A stretch of 64,000 bases of DNA from Oopsacas minuta (lineage: Eukaryota > Animalia > Porifera): assembly GCA_024704765.1 (NCBI GenBank), contig JAKMXF010000348.1:65401-129400 (forward strand). Direction: 5' to 3'. The notes under the pieces are model-generated. The model was not told the origin of the DNA. It saw nothing but the letters and a program-made list of their open reading frames with translations, and searched no databases. The position numbers were made by a program, and so were the translations under genes. Positions 10,600 through 24,600 of the stretch are shown one piece after another. Numbering within the stretch: position 1 is the stretch's first letter; every line of letters starts with the position of its first letter.

Positions 10600-12450
10600 A
10601 GTTGATCTTCAATTCTCTTAACTTATTCACAATGATTCTATCAGGTGAAATCTGATGCATTAAATCTTCAACTTTATTTATTTCCAATGAGACTACCAGG
10701 TAGCATGTTGTATTAGTTAATTTCAACAACATTTAGGTGTTCACTTTGATTCCTACCGGAACTATGTTGATTTCTTGTATTCTCAACGCTCTTGTCTGTT
10801 TCACAGTGATTCTTAATAGGAACATAATGATTCAGTTTGCATTTAACTCTCTTACCTATTTACAGTGATTTATACATGTACAAATTAGATTCAATGCATC
10901 TTCAATTCTCTCTATTATTTCAGGGTGTCAGAATCACTGTGAATATCTAAAGAGGTTGAAGGTACACTTAATCAAGTTATTACAGATATAAATCCCTACG
11001 ATTATGCATACAAAGTTTTAGCTAAACTGAATCACCATGTCACATCTTGTAATCACCTTGAATGTGTAAAGAAATTTGTAGATTCACCTAATCGACTTTT
11101 AAACCTGTATAAATCCTAGTGAATAAGAAAAGTAAGCTGAAAAACTTGGAATCTACAAATTACCTCTAAAATATAGTGGTAAAGAAATTCGAAAATAATC
11201 TTGATCAACTGGTTATATCCTTGAATATACATGAATAGGTAGAGAAACTCCAAGATTTAATTAATACACTTGTCCCATGTAAGAATCACCGTTTAAGGGA
11301 AAGATAGTTGAAGATAAACCGAATCGACACGTTACCTGTTAAAGTCATCTGGATAAGTGAAGAGAGTGAATATAAACTGAATCAATATGAGATCTGTTAA
11401 GTCACAGTGAATACGATCAGAGAGATGAAGTTACTCTGATTCAATTTTGGTATCAGTTGAATTACCTTGAATAATTCAATATAGTCGGATATATACTGAA
11501 TCAATTTGAAACTTGTTAAATCATTGTGAATAAATTAAGAATGATGAAGAAAAACATCAACTTGTTACCTCTTTAAATCGCTGTGAATAATTACATCAAT
11601 ATTATTGAATCCCAATTGTTGTCTGTTTGTTTGTCCGTTGTCAAGGAAAGGATTGACGGTATGCAATTTTGAATTTGTCGCATAATTATGTATTCATCGT
11701 GTTTATCAAGGGAGTATATAGAATTCAATAAAATTTCATAAAAATTTCGAATATACTGAATCCGATTTTCGCGCATTTGGATTAATCATATTCAAATTTA
11801 TTGTTGTATGTAGTAATATAACGTAAACAAAATTGTGAACAGCATATTGTGAAAATTAAATTTCAAAATTTAGGTAGAATTAGAATTTCAACTGCCATAC
11901 AGCGGTAATCGAGTATGCTGACTCCGAGGATGTTATTATAAACAACATTATAAAAATATTTGTTGACTTTCGGGGATATATGGTGGGCAGATTTGATGTT
12001 TACGACAGTATAATGGTTGCCACAGTTAAGATTACGAGTTTGGTACTCGAGGGCCGTAGGTCCGAGTGTGTACAAGAGTTGTTCGTTACCGCGTAGCAGG
12101 AGCAAGCGAAGTGGGTTCATAGAGTTGAAGATAAAATGAATTCACTTGTCACGTGTTAGAATCAGAGTGAATAAGTAATGAGAGTTGAAGTTACATTGAA
12201 TCAACTTGTTACAACTGAAAATCATAGGAATGAGAAACAAGCGTTGAAGATACACTGAATCCACTAGTTGCCTGGTTAAATCACAGTGAATAAGTAGCCA
12301 GTGTTGTAGATACACTGAAACACAGTATTACCTGTTTGAATCACCATAAAGAAGAAAGTAGAGTCGAAGAAACAAAGAATCAACTGGTTAACTGCTGAAA
12401 TCAAAATTAATTAGTGAATAGAGTTCAAGATAAATTGAAACAACATAAAT
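10600..12450. repeat. Degenerate ~59-60-bp tandem array with a polarity switch near 10930
   Basis: Approximate consensus AGAGTTGAAGATACACTGAATCAACTTGTTACCTGTTTAAATCACAGTGAATAAGTAATG. About 5 units on the minus strand (10600-10925), about 16 on the plus strand; interrupted at 11590-12120. Confidence 0.8.
11592..12120 (+). mobile_element. Non-autonomous Helitron-like repeat inserted in the 60-bp array
   Basis: Similar to 32147-32760 and (rc) 51700-52045: ATATTATT.AAT..CAATTGTTGTCTGTTTGTTTGTCCGTTGTCAAG head, GC-rich tail ending ..TTCATAG, no TSD seen. The Helitron label is inferred. Confidence 0.55.
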
Positions 12451-12459
12451 ACTTGAAGA

Positions 12460-15330
12460 ATGCAAGGGGCCGTAGTTTTCGGTCTGAATGGTACAAGCAA
12501 TATGAATGGTTGAATATAGTATGGTCTAAAAAAGGCGTTTTGTTTTGCTTGCAATCACTCTTCTACTCCAACTCCTAAATCTGGACTCTCTTTAAAACTA
12601 AAGGATTATCTAATTAGAAAAGGCTATTACAAACTTTAGTGGATTAAACCATCACCAAATATCAATAGATCACAAGTTAGCTTTTCAGAGATGGGTGATA
12701 CTAAATTAATACATGCAGGAATTGGTAACAAGTTGACCAAATTCGAAATCCATCTCGAAACAGAATAGTTCAAAATAATGGAGAACATTTGAGAATTCTT
12801 TTGGAAATGCATCGATTCTTTTCTAGGCAAGAGCTATCATTTCGTCGAATGATGAAAGGATTAAATCTAACAATCAAGGCAATTTCCAAAATTAGAATCG
12901 AATATTAATCCCAAATATATAAAGCTCCATATCGAAATCACACAACAGTATCAAACAATTGATCATTTCTCAAAAAATCTTCAAATTCTTTTCTTGGGTG
13001 TCTAGCTCATCTACAGGATGACAAATAAGTTCTGTCCCATTGAAAATTTATTATAACTAAACCATGAACTAAGATATTGAATTGAAATTATGCTATAACT
13101 TAGCAAACTAAATATAGACTCATAATATATTCAATTGTTCGATATTGCCCCCTTTCTTTTTGATGACAGCTCCTAGCCACTTGGGGACCTACCCGACAGC
13201 GGCATGCAACTTTTCCTGCGGGATTTTTTTCTATTCTCGGGTTAAAGACGTTTTTAGAGACTTGATACTCTTGTGGGAAGTAGTGCACGCATTTGTCTCC
13301 AATATCGACCATAACGAGAAGTCCATCGGGTTGAGATCTGGGCTGGAAGGAGGCCATTCCTCCTTGGAGATGAAGTCTGGGATATTATTTCGTAACCACT
13401 GTTGGTTGACTTTCGCTGTGTGGGCTGGTGCACCGTCTTGCTGGAATAAAAATGTACGATTATTGAACATGGTCTTACCAAGGCCTCTCACTACTGGGTC
13501 TAAAACGACCTCCCTGATATTTAATAGCGTTTCTTTTTACGCCCGGTGGGATGAAAACCAGTGGGGTACGGCCTTTTGCGGACACCCCCGCCCAAACCAT
13601 CACTGACTGAGGATGCTGAACTCTTTGGACGCATCGATATTCTTGTGGTATGGAAGATGGAGAAGTGGGCAATACTCGATCATTTTGACGATTGTACGCC
13701 TGCTCGACTGTGAATAATTTCTCATCCGAGAATAATTTCATCAAGGCCATAACTATCGAGCCGGGCGAGTAAGGTCTTGCTCCTGGTTAGTCTCTTTTAT
13801 TTAATCTGCGGCGAAATAAAGTGATCCTTCCACCTTTTGTAAGGTAATAGGCCCATATCGCTCTTCACAATTGTTCGGACCGATTCTCTTGATATTTTGA
13901 GTTCTAGCGCCATTTTTCGTATCGAACGTTGCGGATTTCGCTGAATCCGACTACGGATAACCTTTCTCTTCTGGCTAGTGGTCGCAGATGTTGGGCATTC
14001 ACTTCTCTGCCTGTCTGAGGTACTACCAGTCTCCTTATATCTTTTAATAGTACGATACATCAATTTCCTGCGCAACTTGGGGAAATTGAGAATCTTCAAT
14101 ATTTCGCTGTGGCTGTTCCCTTGCAAATATAACTTAACAATAGCCACCCTATTCTTCTCCATTTTGCCTAGAATCTTTTAGCTTGTTCAGAATGTAGAGA
14201 TTACCACTGAATACTTTAAATTCATACATTGTTACTTATCATACACTATAACTGTTCAATTTGGTTCTTTAATAAGGAACTACATTACATCAAATTTATG
14301 GGACAGAACTTATTTCTCACCCTGTAGTTGGGATGAAATAAACAATGAGATTGAGAAGTCTAAGGTATATGCAATTCTAATTGCTGAATTCAAAGATAAT
14401 GATGGTAAAGAAGAATTGAGTATTTGTTTCAAGATATCTTGTCAAATCGAAACCATTTGAAAGATATTTTGTTTTTAAATTGTACGACATCTAGATGCGG
14501 AAGGTATTGCGAATGTGGCTCAATAGGATTTATTCTCTGGAATATCTGTATAGTTAATTGCTCTAGGTACAACGGGGTTTCTGTAATGTCGGGTTGTAAT
14601 TCCAGCGTATTTACCAAACTAAAAACTACTAACCATGCACTATCTAAGTACATTGCGTATGTCCGAGATTAAATCTTATAGTTTTAGGGTTGTTAAAAAA
14701 TCGTGAAGGTATTTGATTGTCAATTTAGCGTGATTAGAAAGCTTCACGAAATATTTTCAGTTTCTAATAACAAAATGTAGTTTGAATGTCAAGAGAGGGA
14801 ACTTTCGATATGTTCGTCTGATAGGGAAATAGAGATGCTGAGAATTATTGAAGTTAGATAGGAAACTCATTTTCGGTTTTCAGTGCATAGTAAAACGGGT
14901 CAAAGCAATAATCTTTCCTCTTCCTATAATAGCTATGAATAAAAATACTTATTCTGAAAGTGTAGCAGGTTATATCACAAGATTATGTTAAGCAAATTCA
15001 TCCTAAAACTGACAATTCTTTTAATAATTCATGATCTCGGAAATATTTACAATCACCACAAATTTGCAGGTCCTTCGTTTTGACAGAAATTAACATCATC
15101 AAGCGGCAGCTAAGTAAACTCACTTGTAAAATACAATAAACGAAGCTAAGGAATCTTGTTAAGATAGTGGGATCATTTTGGGATTATGAGGACCCGCTCT
15201 TTGTATTATCAAGACCTAAAGCTATATGTTCAAAATCTGATGGCAACATTGAGGAACAAACTGAGAAAATGCTGAGCAAAGTTATTGAAATTTTAATCAA
15301 TGAGTTAATTGAAAGATTCTCTGATTAAAA
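12460..15330 (+). pseudogene. Heavily degenerate ZMYM1-like hAT transposase (TTF zinc finger plus DUF4371-like), split by a Tc1 insertion
   Basis: GRSFRSEWYKQYEW...FCFAC near 12467-12550; NQGNF near 12870; later hAT-like segments. Confidence 0.55.
13014..14324 (-). mobile_element. Tc1/mariner DD37D element, degenerate
   Basis: TIRs CAGGATGACAAATAAGTTCTGTCCC / CAGGGTGAGAAATAAGTTCTGTCCC; TA flanks; LFSDEK and QQDGAPAH..SPDLNPMDF. Confidence 0.93.
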
Positions 15331-15552
15331 CAAATATTTTCGCTGTGTTGAATCAAAAATCCACTTAACAAGCAGTATCTCGACTGAGATATATTATCAT
15401 CTTTCTCAGTTCATTAAGATTCAATCATTTCATTCAATTCTGATTTGGCTAGAAACGAGTGTTAAATGTAAGATTTATGTTAAACAATGGAATTCAATTC
15501 GAAATAAATATGGATGAAAATCTTAAATCATTGATCTAATTAATACCATATA

Positions 15553-16895
15553 CAGGGTGTTAAGAAATTGATGCCCTCTAATACTAACTCAATGATTAGT
15601 CTATAAATAATCTCTAAACACATACATTTATTTCCCAATATATCCACCCTTTAGTTGTATACATTTACTTAGCCGATCTGGCATACTGGCTATCAATTTG
15701 TCCAAAACTTCAGGTGAAATATGTCTCCAAGCTGAAATTAGTTGTTTTTCGAGCGTTTTTAGATTTGTTGCCGGCTGAAAAGAATTGATGGCGGTTTGGA
15801 TTATTGACCATAGATTCTCTATAGGACTCAGGTCAGGGGAGTTGGCAGGCCAAATACCTTTGGGCCAGAAGTTTTGAAAGTTCTCTCCTAGCCATTCCTG
15901 TGTTTTTTTGGACGTGTGTGCCGGGGCACCATCCTGTTGAAATGGCAGCCGACATGTCCGACAATAATTTCCTCTCAGTTACTGCACCTGTATCTCTATC
16001 TCGATGCATTGCAGACATCATCGTCTTCTTCAGAACCTCTTCTAGAAAGTATATTGTTGTTACTGTCTGCCCACTAGGGATTATGTGAAGGTTTGATAGG
16101 CCATTATAGGACATCATGCCCCAAACCTGCAATTTTCCAGGAAACTTCACTTTTTCCGTAGGTACAACTTTTTCTCTGTCTGCTAACCAAACTCTGTCGT
16201 TCTGCCGATTCGGTGAATGGTACAACTCAAATGGAGATTCATCAGAGAAAAGTACATTGCGCCAATCATTAATTGACCAATTTTTTCGTGCCAAACAGAA
16301 GGTTAATCGAGCGAATTTCTGTTTTTCGGTCAATTTGGGCTGTAACTGTGGCTTATACGGCTTTACACTTAGATTTTTCCGCAAATATGTATGCACAGTT
16401 ACATGGGAAAGTTAAAAACCCTTAGACTTTAAGCGCTGGGATATTTTGCGAGTTGATTTCATCTTTTTCCCTAATGTTTTAGCAATAACTATTTTCGGTA
16501 CTTTTCCTATCGCCGGTTTTCTTCCTCGGCCTTGCCTATTCTCGAGGCTGTTTCCACAATATGCCCTCAACCACCGACGAACGGTACGTACATTTGTGCC
16601 AAAATGTATTGCGACACTTTTCTGCGTCTGCCCGGCTTTTAACATGCCTATTGCTTGATTACGCACTGCTAGACTAGCTTCTTTGACCATGGTATTAACT
16701 AATTGTGAAGACAATAGAAGATTGGGTCAAAATATGCACAAAAAGTTAATGAACTAGGAAAAGCCACCTACTGAATATAACTCCTGGTATATTAAAGTAC
16801 AAATCAAGTGAAAAGCTAGATATTTAACAATGTAAAAATACAATGGTAGCATTAGATCTCGAGAGATAGGGAGGGCATCAATTTCTTACACCCTG
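15553..16895 (-). mobile_element. Tc1-like DD37E-type element, frameshifted
   Basis: TIR CAGGGTGT(T)AAGAAATTGATGCCCTC; TA flanks; VLFSDESPF and WPANSPDLSPIE. Confidence 0.92.
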
Positions 16896-16899
16896 TATA

Positions 16900-17570
16900 T
16901 CACAACAGTGATCACTCTCCACGATGAATTGGGTAATTAGCTGGGCAAGAAACTCTATTGACAAGGAAAGTGCCAGGGATCTAATCCTTATATCAGTATA
17001 AAACAACATGTGGATAATCTAGTTTCAGAAGAAGTGATCGATTTTTGGGCTAGATAGAAGAAAAAGATTTTGAAATGTTGACGTAGGAATTATGTTTATC
17101 ATTAGAAAAATTGTTAGAATTGTACTGATCAAATTAAACATAAATTTGACATTTTTTAAACAATTCCCCAGAAGGCATGGGGTGACGATTGAACCCAGTC
17201 CAAAATTTGGTCAAGGAAGTTATCATCCTCGATATCACTATTGTCAGATGCCTCCTGTTGACATACAATCTAGGCAAACTTAAGTTACTGACAGCACACA
17301 CTAAGTTGTAAGCATTGTCAGTGAAGATAGATGAAGTTGTATTTTTGATTTCAAATGAAGCGATGATTTCCTTGAATATTTCATGAATATTGCAGGCATT
17401 ATGCCTACCTAAAAGCCTGTGACACGCCACCATAATGGAACTCATTTGCCAGTTAAGATGTGACCCGTAATACCTATGTAGCTCCTAATTTGTCTGTATG
17501 ATCAGAGATCAGTGGTGAAAGCAATATCCTTAACCTGTTCAAGCTTTTTCATAAATTGTTTTTGTTTCTC
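16900..17570 (-). pseudogene. hAT (ZBED-like) transposase fragment between two Tc1 elements
   Basis: ACHRLLGRHNACNI..IFTDNAYNL resembles the hAT L.G.HT..NI and VTDNAAN motifs. Confidence 0.55.
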
Positions 17571-17580
17571 TTTAGATGTA

Positions 17581-18915
17581 CAGGGTGTTTCACAATTGAT
17601 GTCGTGTTATACAATATTACATAACTAATAGAATACTAGATATATTACTACAATTAATTGCCAATATATCCACCACTAAGTTCAATACACTTATGGATTC
17701 GTTTTGGCATTCCATCCATCAATTTGTCCAAAACCTCTGGTGAAATATTGGACCATGCTGTTTTCAGTCGATTTTCCAACATTTTTATGTCTTTTATCTC
17801 ACCTATTGAATCTAGATCATCTTTCAAAATCGACCATATGTTCTCAATGGGACTCAAGTCTGGAGAGTTGGCTGGCCAGGTACCTTTCGCCCAAAAACTC
17901 TTTAGGTTACTTCTCAACCAATTTTGTGTCATGTTTGCCGTGTGAGCTGCAGCGCCATCTTGTTGAAATATCGCACGGGACATATTTTTTAACATTTTCC
18001 TCTCAACAACTGTGCATCTTCCTCGCTTTCTGTTCATTGTAGACATTAAAGTTTTACCCAGTATCTCACTAACATAGTACTCTGCAGATACAGTTTGTCC
18101 AACGGGAATGAAATGTAACTCCGACAGTGCACGATGTGACATCATACCCCATACTTGAATTTTCTTTGGAAATTTCACCATCTGAACGGGCTCGACATCC
18201 AATGTGTTTCTCGCCCAAACACAATCATTTTTCCCGTTTGGGGGATGATTTAACTCAAACGGTGATTCATCTGTAAATAATATGTTTTTCCAATCATTTG
18301 CTGTCCAATTGATACGTTCTTTACAAAATTTTAACCTAGCAGCCATGTTTTTCTCTGTTATTAACGGCTGCCGCTGGCGTTTGTAAGATTTTACGCCCTT
18401 TTCTTTTGTCAAATAACGGTGCACTGTACTCTGAGATACGGAATGACCTTTCAACATTAATTTCTTGGATAGACCACGTACAGACTGTCGTTTTTTGCCA
18501 ATTGATTTAGTAATTACAATCTTGGCAACTTTCGATATGGACGATTTACGGCCACGTCCCCTTTGTTTTCTAATGTCAAATCATTCTTGAAAAGTCACCA
18601 CCAACGCTGAACTGTACGGATATTAACTCCAAGTTTAAGAGATACAAACTTCTGAGAAGAGCCAGCTTGTAGCATGCCAACAGCCTGTGAGCGAATCATG
18701 ATACTGTATTCTTTCACCATTATATTATGGAAATAATTAGCCCAATTTGGATATGGAAATAGAAGCTATAAAATGTTTCGATTGATGAATGAAATAATTA
18801 CTCAATAGAACCCTGTAAGATTAATTACGATTGCAAGTTTAAATACACAGATATTATTACATGGGTGCATAATAAACAAATTTAGAAAATACGACATCAA
18901 TTGTGAAACACCCTG
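17581..18915 (-). mobile_element. Tc1-like DD37E element; catalytic 267-aa ORF open (17654-18457), N-terminus frameshifted
   Basis: TIR CAGGGTGTTTCACAATTGATGTCGT; TA flanks; FTDE, QQDGAAAH, then 37 residues to E (SPDLSPIENIW). Confidence 0.94.
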
Positions 18916-19693
18916 TATCTGTTAATTAGTTACTCGATGAATGCTTTCTGTTAGGTATTTGATATTGTGGGTCTAACTAAAAGATAAGACTGCGAAACCT
19001 TTGATTCTCTACAATCGAAATTGGTATCAGATCTCCATCGATAGAGCTACAAGTTCATCTGTAAGTTCATGCTGACCTGCATCATGTAATGGATATTTCA
19101 CCTTCCAAACTGAGTAGACGCTAAATTGAGTAAAGTTATTCTTATATAATTTTATACTTATTATATTATGGGGTACCAAAATGGAAATATGTTCGTGTAT
19201 TTATTGTTCAACTTATTATTTTATGGGTTAACCAAAATGGAAACATATTTGAAATTACTGTTCAACATACATACCAAAGTTACCTATGTGCTACTGGGGT
19301 GTTAGGCCTGTTGCGTAGGATTTTGACCCACAAGTAGCAATTGCAAATCAAGTAATATCAACATTTCGTCCCTAGTCACATAGTATTCGTATTTATACAT
19401 GTGTGACTTCCTAAATCCACAAACTAACATTCTACTTTGTTTCTAGATTTCAACATCACACTTATATTTACTTTTGTCATTTTTTCATTATGGATACGAC
19501 AGAGTACGAAACAATTCGTGGACACCTCCAAACGAATATTATCCCACCAGAAATCAAGAGTGATCGCTACAGAAAGAAGAATTTTGTCAGAAAGTGCAAG
19601 GGGATTTACTTTCAAGAGAATAAGCTAATAAAGGTATATTCCTGAATGATATTTTTGATTTATACATATTTCCGGGGCATAATGAGAAATCTT

Positions 19694-19737
19694 GAGGTAA
19701 CTACATATCTGCAAGGAGGCAGATATGTAGTTGCCTC
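19694..19737. repeat. 19-bp stem hairpin (one mismatch, 6-nt loop) in intron 1 of the Ginger gene
   Basis: GAGGTAACTACATATCTGC-AAGGAG-GCAGATATGTAGTTGCCTC. Confidence 0.85.
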
Positions 19738-22083
19738 ATTAAATTTGCGTACCATAGGGAGATGAGAAGGGCGAAAACGCTAGGGGCTCTTCTGCCCCTC
19801 AATGCTACCTACAACCTATGAGTTTGACAAAATAATTTTCTTTTAGATTTTCAAAAGAAAAATGGGTGTATGAAATACTTGGAGATTCCACTAGTCTCAG
19901 AAATTGACAACATTATCGGACTCTATCACAATGTCACTCATCTTGGAATCAACACTATCATTGATGGAATCCGAAACAAAAATGATTGGAATGGCATGTA
20001 CAATGATGTTGGATCCTACGTGAGTTACTAAATTACTTATTTCTTTCATATATGCTATTCCAAGAAAATGTGGCTGAGAACACAGACTTACCAACCCTCT
20101 AGGGATCCCTGGATTACCAATTTTGAATATCCAGGGAAATTTGCAAAAGTGGTTGGTAAGTCTGAGAACAGTACGTATTTTATAGTTTGCGGTTATTCAC
20201 TTGCAATTATTCTACTGTATACAGCTTTAATGTGCGATTGTAAAATTAAAATTGTGCGATCTGATGACATTTAGTATACCGGTATACAATTTTATCAAAT
20301 AGAAATCTATTTGTACGGTACAACCAACCAACCATGTATCTAAAAACTAATGATCCTTGCGGTAGTAAGTAATTGGGATACGTAGTGGGAGTATTTCACA
20401 TAAACATATTTGCCAACCTGAGTGAAGAAAAGTGGGACGGAATGCTAATTTAGTGGAACATCTGGGACGTAGCAAATTACATTAGACTGGACTACAAACT
20501 GACAATTAAATCATTTCCCGTTCTAGATCCGAACTTGCCATGACTGTCAAACCTCTGCTGCTCTACCTCCTCAGCCACAACGAGAGCTTCAACCTATTCC
20601 TCCTCCTGAAGAACCATAGTGTCATTGTGGAATTGATCTCATATGCAATATGTCTCGCACTGTACTTGGATTTCAGCACATTCTTGTCATCGTGTGCTAC
20701 CTGAGTAATTTGTAATTACTCAACCACTCAAGACTAAAACTTCAAAGAAATATTGGATTGTTTACAGGAAATTTATCTCTCATTCGGCGTACCTAACATC
20801 CTCCAACATGATCAGGGAACAAAATTCTCAAGCAAGGTAACTCAAATTTTTTACATACTCGAGATTAGTAATTTTAAATACACCAAGGAAATCATTTCCG
20901 ATACACAATGCAACTTACTATATTGGATATACTTACGTGACATGTTGCATTGTCAAAAGTCAGCGCATTGCTTCAATATATACCCTGGTAGGAAATTGTG
21001 CGTCCTGATGGCCATAATTATGGAGCAGTGTGGAAAATTGGATTTTAATTTATGTTAAATACCAATACATAAGAATTTACGAATTAATGCTCTACCTTCG
21101 GGTTTAAAATTTACCTTAGTAATCTTTTTATCTTTCTAATTATGGTTGTACAAGACTAAATACATGCGCGAAGTAGATTGTTATCGTTCTCCTATTTACT
21201 TGCAAAATAGGAATTTCAAGAATTTCACAAGAAGATAAATGCCAACACCAGAAGAACCACAGGATATCACCCACAAAGTAACGGACTTGTTGAGTCACAC
21301 AACAAAATATTGAAAACGTGAGTATTGATGCTAAACAAAAATATATATATATATTATAACCCTAAAACATGTTTAATACTACTTCGTTTATGATTAGATA
21401 GCTTTGAATCATTTTAATACTTTTACAAATAAAAAATCAACAAGATGCAATCTGATGGGGACACTGAATGGACAGAGAAATTACAGACAGCAGTACTAGC
21501 AGCAAATACTCTAACCAAAATCTCTACAAGCTACACACCCTTTTATCTCATGTTTGGGAGAGACTTTTATTCATCTAACCTTCTTAATCTTATCACTACT
21601 TCGACTAACCCAGGAATACTAACCGAAGCTGATATCTCAGAGGCAGAAGTATCAGAAGATGAGAATATTCAAATGGATGCAAACGAACCACGCCCATTTG
21701 ACTTTCCTATAATTGATAACGAATGGATAGAAAATCTTTCTTCCACACGTAAAGCTGACAGAATGAATGCTATTGAAAACATCAAGGCAGGTCCGAATGT
21801 TCAAAAGAATACATATAACAGCAAAGTTAAACACAACTGATAAGCAATTACGAAACACACTCTTGTTGTGGTGTAACATGTTGGAATTCATACATCATTT
21901 CTTACTAAATTTAATTAAATTCACTAACTGTTGTATAATCAGATAAACATGAAATAGTCTTGAATCGGGACTAATTTATTGTTTCCTCAATTATATGAAT
22001 TCTTAAATCCCAAAACACTTACTTTTAGTTATAAAATTAGCATCATACGAACTGTACATAATTGGCAGATTATAATTCTTTGT

Positions 22084-22278
22084 CCAGTATATAATGAATA
22101 TAGTGATCATAGATATAGTGATATATTGGATAGAGTGATATTAGTATCCCTTAGCATTTTTCCCCATCCACATATACGTCATATAAAATATATTGGATAT
22201 AGTGATATAATGGTTGTAGAGATAATTTCGCCGTAAAATTTATGCCCAGCGATATCACTATTTCTATTAAATACTGTA
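22084..22278. mobile_element. Possible pogo/Tigger-like MITE in a Ginger intron
   Basis: Repeated TATAGTGATA motifs, inverted ATCACTAT copy and a ..TACTGTA end. Confidence 0.35.
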
Positions 22279-23559
22279 TACTGATTGTTTTAACATTAGA
22301 TCAGAATTTGTGGAAGAAGATGAAGTACTTGTACATGTTATAAAGAAAGCCAAGCGACTCCCAGTAACAAAAGATGCAAGGAATATTTGGGACCATATAC
22401 GATAGAGAAAGTCAAACCAAGCCACCTAATGCTCGCAAAGACCCAGATAGCAAAACAACAAAATTACCTATCCATGTATCACGAAAATATCATTCTCGCA
22501 TGAACGAAAAAAGGCAGGTTCGAACGAAGACAGGTAAATCAAAGAAGCCCAAAAGATCTTGCAAATTCCCTTCTAGCGGTTAATATATTAGCGAGACAAT
22601 ATTGTACTGAACTAGGACTAATTGGCTCACCCCATGATTACGTACATACAAAACTAGTTGTATTCTGTATTGATTCGATTAATACATAATAGCAATCCTA
22701 CATTTCACATATTTATTAGGTATTTAGATTCATTAGATGATATATTGAACCTGGATACCATGGAAGAAACATTTGAAACACTGCAACAACACTCAATCTA
22801 TGAAAATATCGACTCTGAGCTACGTCAGTTGAAACCTCGAATACTCTCAACCCTTGTCAATAACACCTACTTAAGCCAACTACATGAGAAACTCGCTACA
22901 AAAGCTGCATCTCTAACTTCATTGAATTTACTATATTCTTACCATCCACCCAACGAACTAAACTTTGAGATTGAGGAGAAACTTCCTGTATCAGCCGGTA
23001 ATTGGTACGCAGAATATCGTTCCTCCTATCCTACTGAAATACCTGAAGAGACACGAAGAGATCTTGACTATCCAATTGCTATTCTATTAGCAGTAATAAT
23101 TGAGTTAATATTCCCAACTGAGCAAGTTCATGAGATCATTGAAATACCAGAACAATCTATACAAAATGCATCAGATCTTATTTTCAATATCCTAAATGGG
23201 GAGGAGAGTATAACAATATCGTGTAATCTAACACCTGGTCTATCGACAATATATTGGCTATTGTTAGTTCAAATAACGCAACCATCATAGACTCACTGAA
23301 GTTAATCGGAAGTACACATATTGAAGGTGAATTCCATTACATATTCGAATTGGCTGCTAATTGTGAATTTGAGAAACTTCGAGAATATGTTGCTACTAAA
23401 ATTAGCCTTGAAGTTATTTATGATTCCTCAGGATTGATACGCTCTTACGATTTCTTTGGATCAACTGCCTGGATCGACTAGACGCGTGCGGTAAGACTCC
23501 AGTGTAGTACTTCTGTGCGCGCGATGAGTACTGCAGGAAAGCGCGGAATGATGAGCAGC

Positions 23560-23859
23560 TCCTTTCAAGAAACTGGAGGCACTCAGAAAGCAAGGAGTTG
23601 AGATGATACAGTCTAGTATGAAACGTAGCAAGACTATTGAAAAGGGGATAGTGTGGGATACCCATTACCTACCTTGATAGGGCTAGCATTGGTCCCACGT
23701 CTCATTGGTATCGTTACGAATGTGTACTCGGATGGAGGAACTTTCCAGATAGGGACTGCACATGAGGCAATCAGCACAGCATTCACCTACACAAACTTAA
23801 CACCCTGCAGCACTGACAATTTTCTCCACTCTGACGATGTCCCTGAGAAAGCCGTCCTT

Positions 23860-23860
<1 letters not shown>
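23560..23860 (+). pseudogene. C-terminal fragment of a KRBA2/SCAND3-like (Ginger2-type) integrase
   Basis: LEALRKQGVEMIQSS..KGDSV.IP..LDRA..[fs]LIGIV..FQIGT..FLHSDDVPE matches the recalled GD.V.IP..DR...IGT...DVP pattern. Confidence 0.5.

Positions 23861-24600
<740 letters not shown>

Larger units (their letters stand above)
19490..23481 (+). pseudogene. Multi-exon Ginger-type (Gypsy-integrase-related) transposase pseudogene with an unknown C-terminal extension
   Basis: Exons 19490-19633, 19847-20019, 20527-20836, 21211-21317, about 21430-21840 and about 22300 onward. GT-AG phases match for introns 1-3. Spliced product has H-H-C-C (YHNVTH..CHDC), GIDL, HDQG, DD35E (GYHPQSNGLVE), TPFYLMFGR and GPY. 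No RT or RNase H adjacent. Confidence 0.8.

Noticed and set aside
10921-10935. CAGGGTGTC as a seventh Tc1 end
   Set aside because: No TA flank, no partner TIR and no transposase.
10600-12450. CRISPR array
   Set aside because: Units diverge along their whole length, there is no repeat/unique-spacer structure and no cas genes, and the context is eukaryotic.
4477-18042. Many 60-150-aa antisense or alternate-frame ORFs over Tc1 elements
   Set aside because: Shadows of transposase coding sequence with no independent support.
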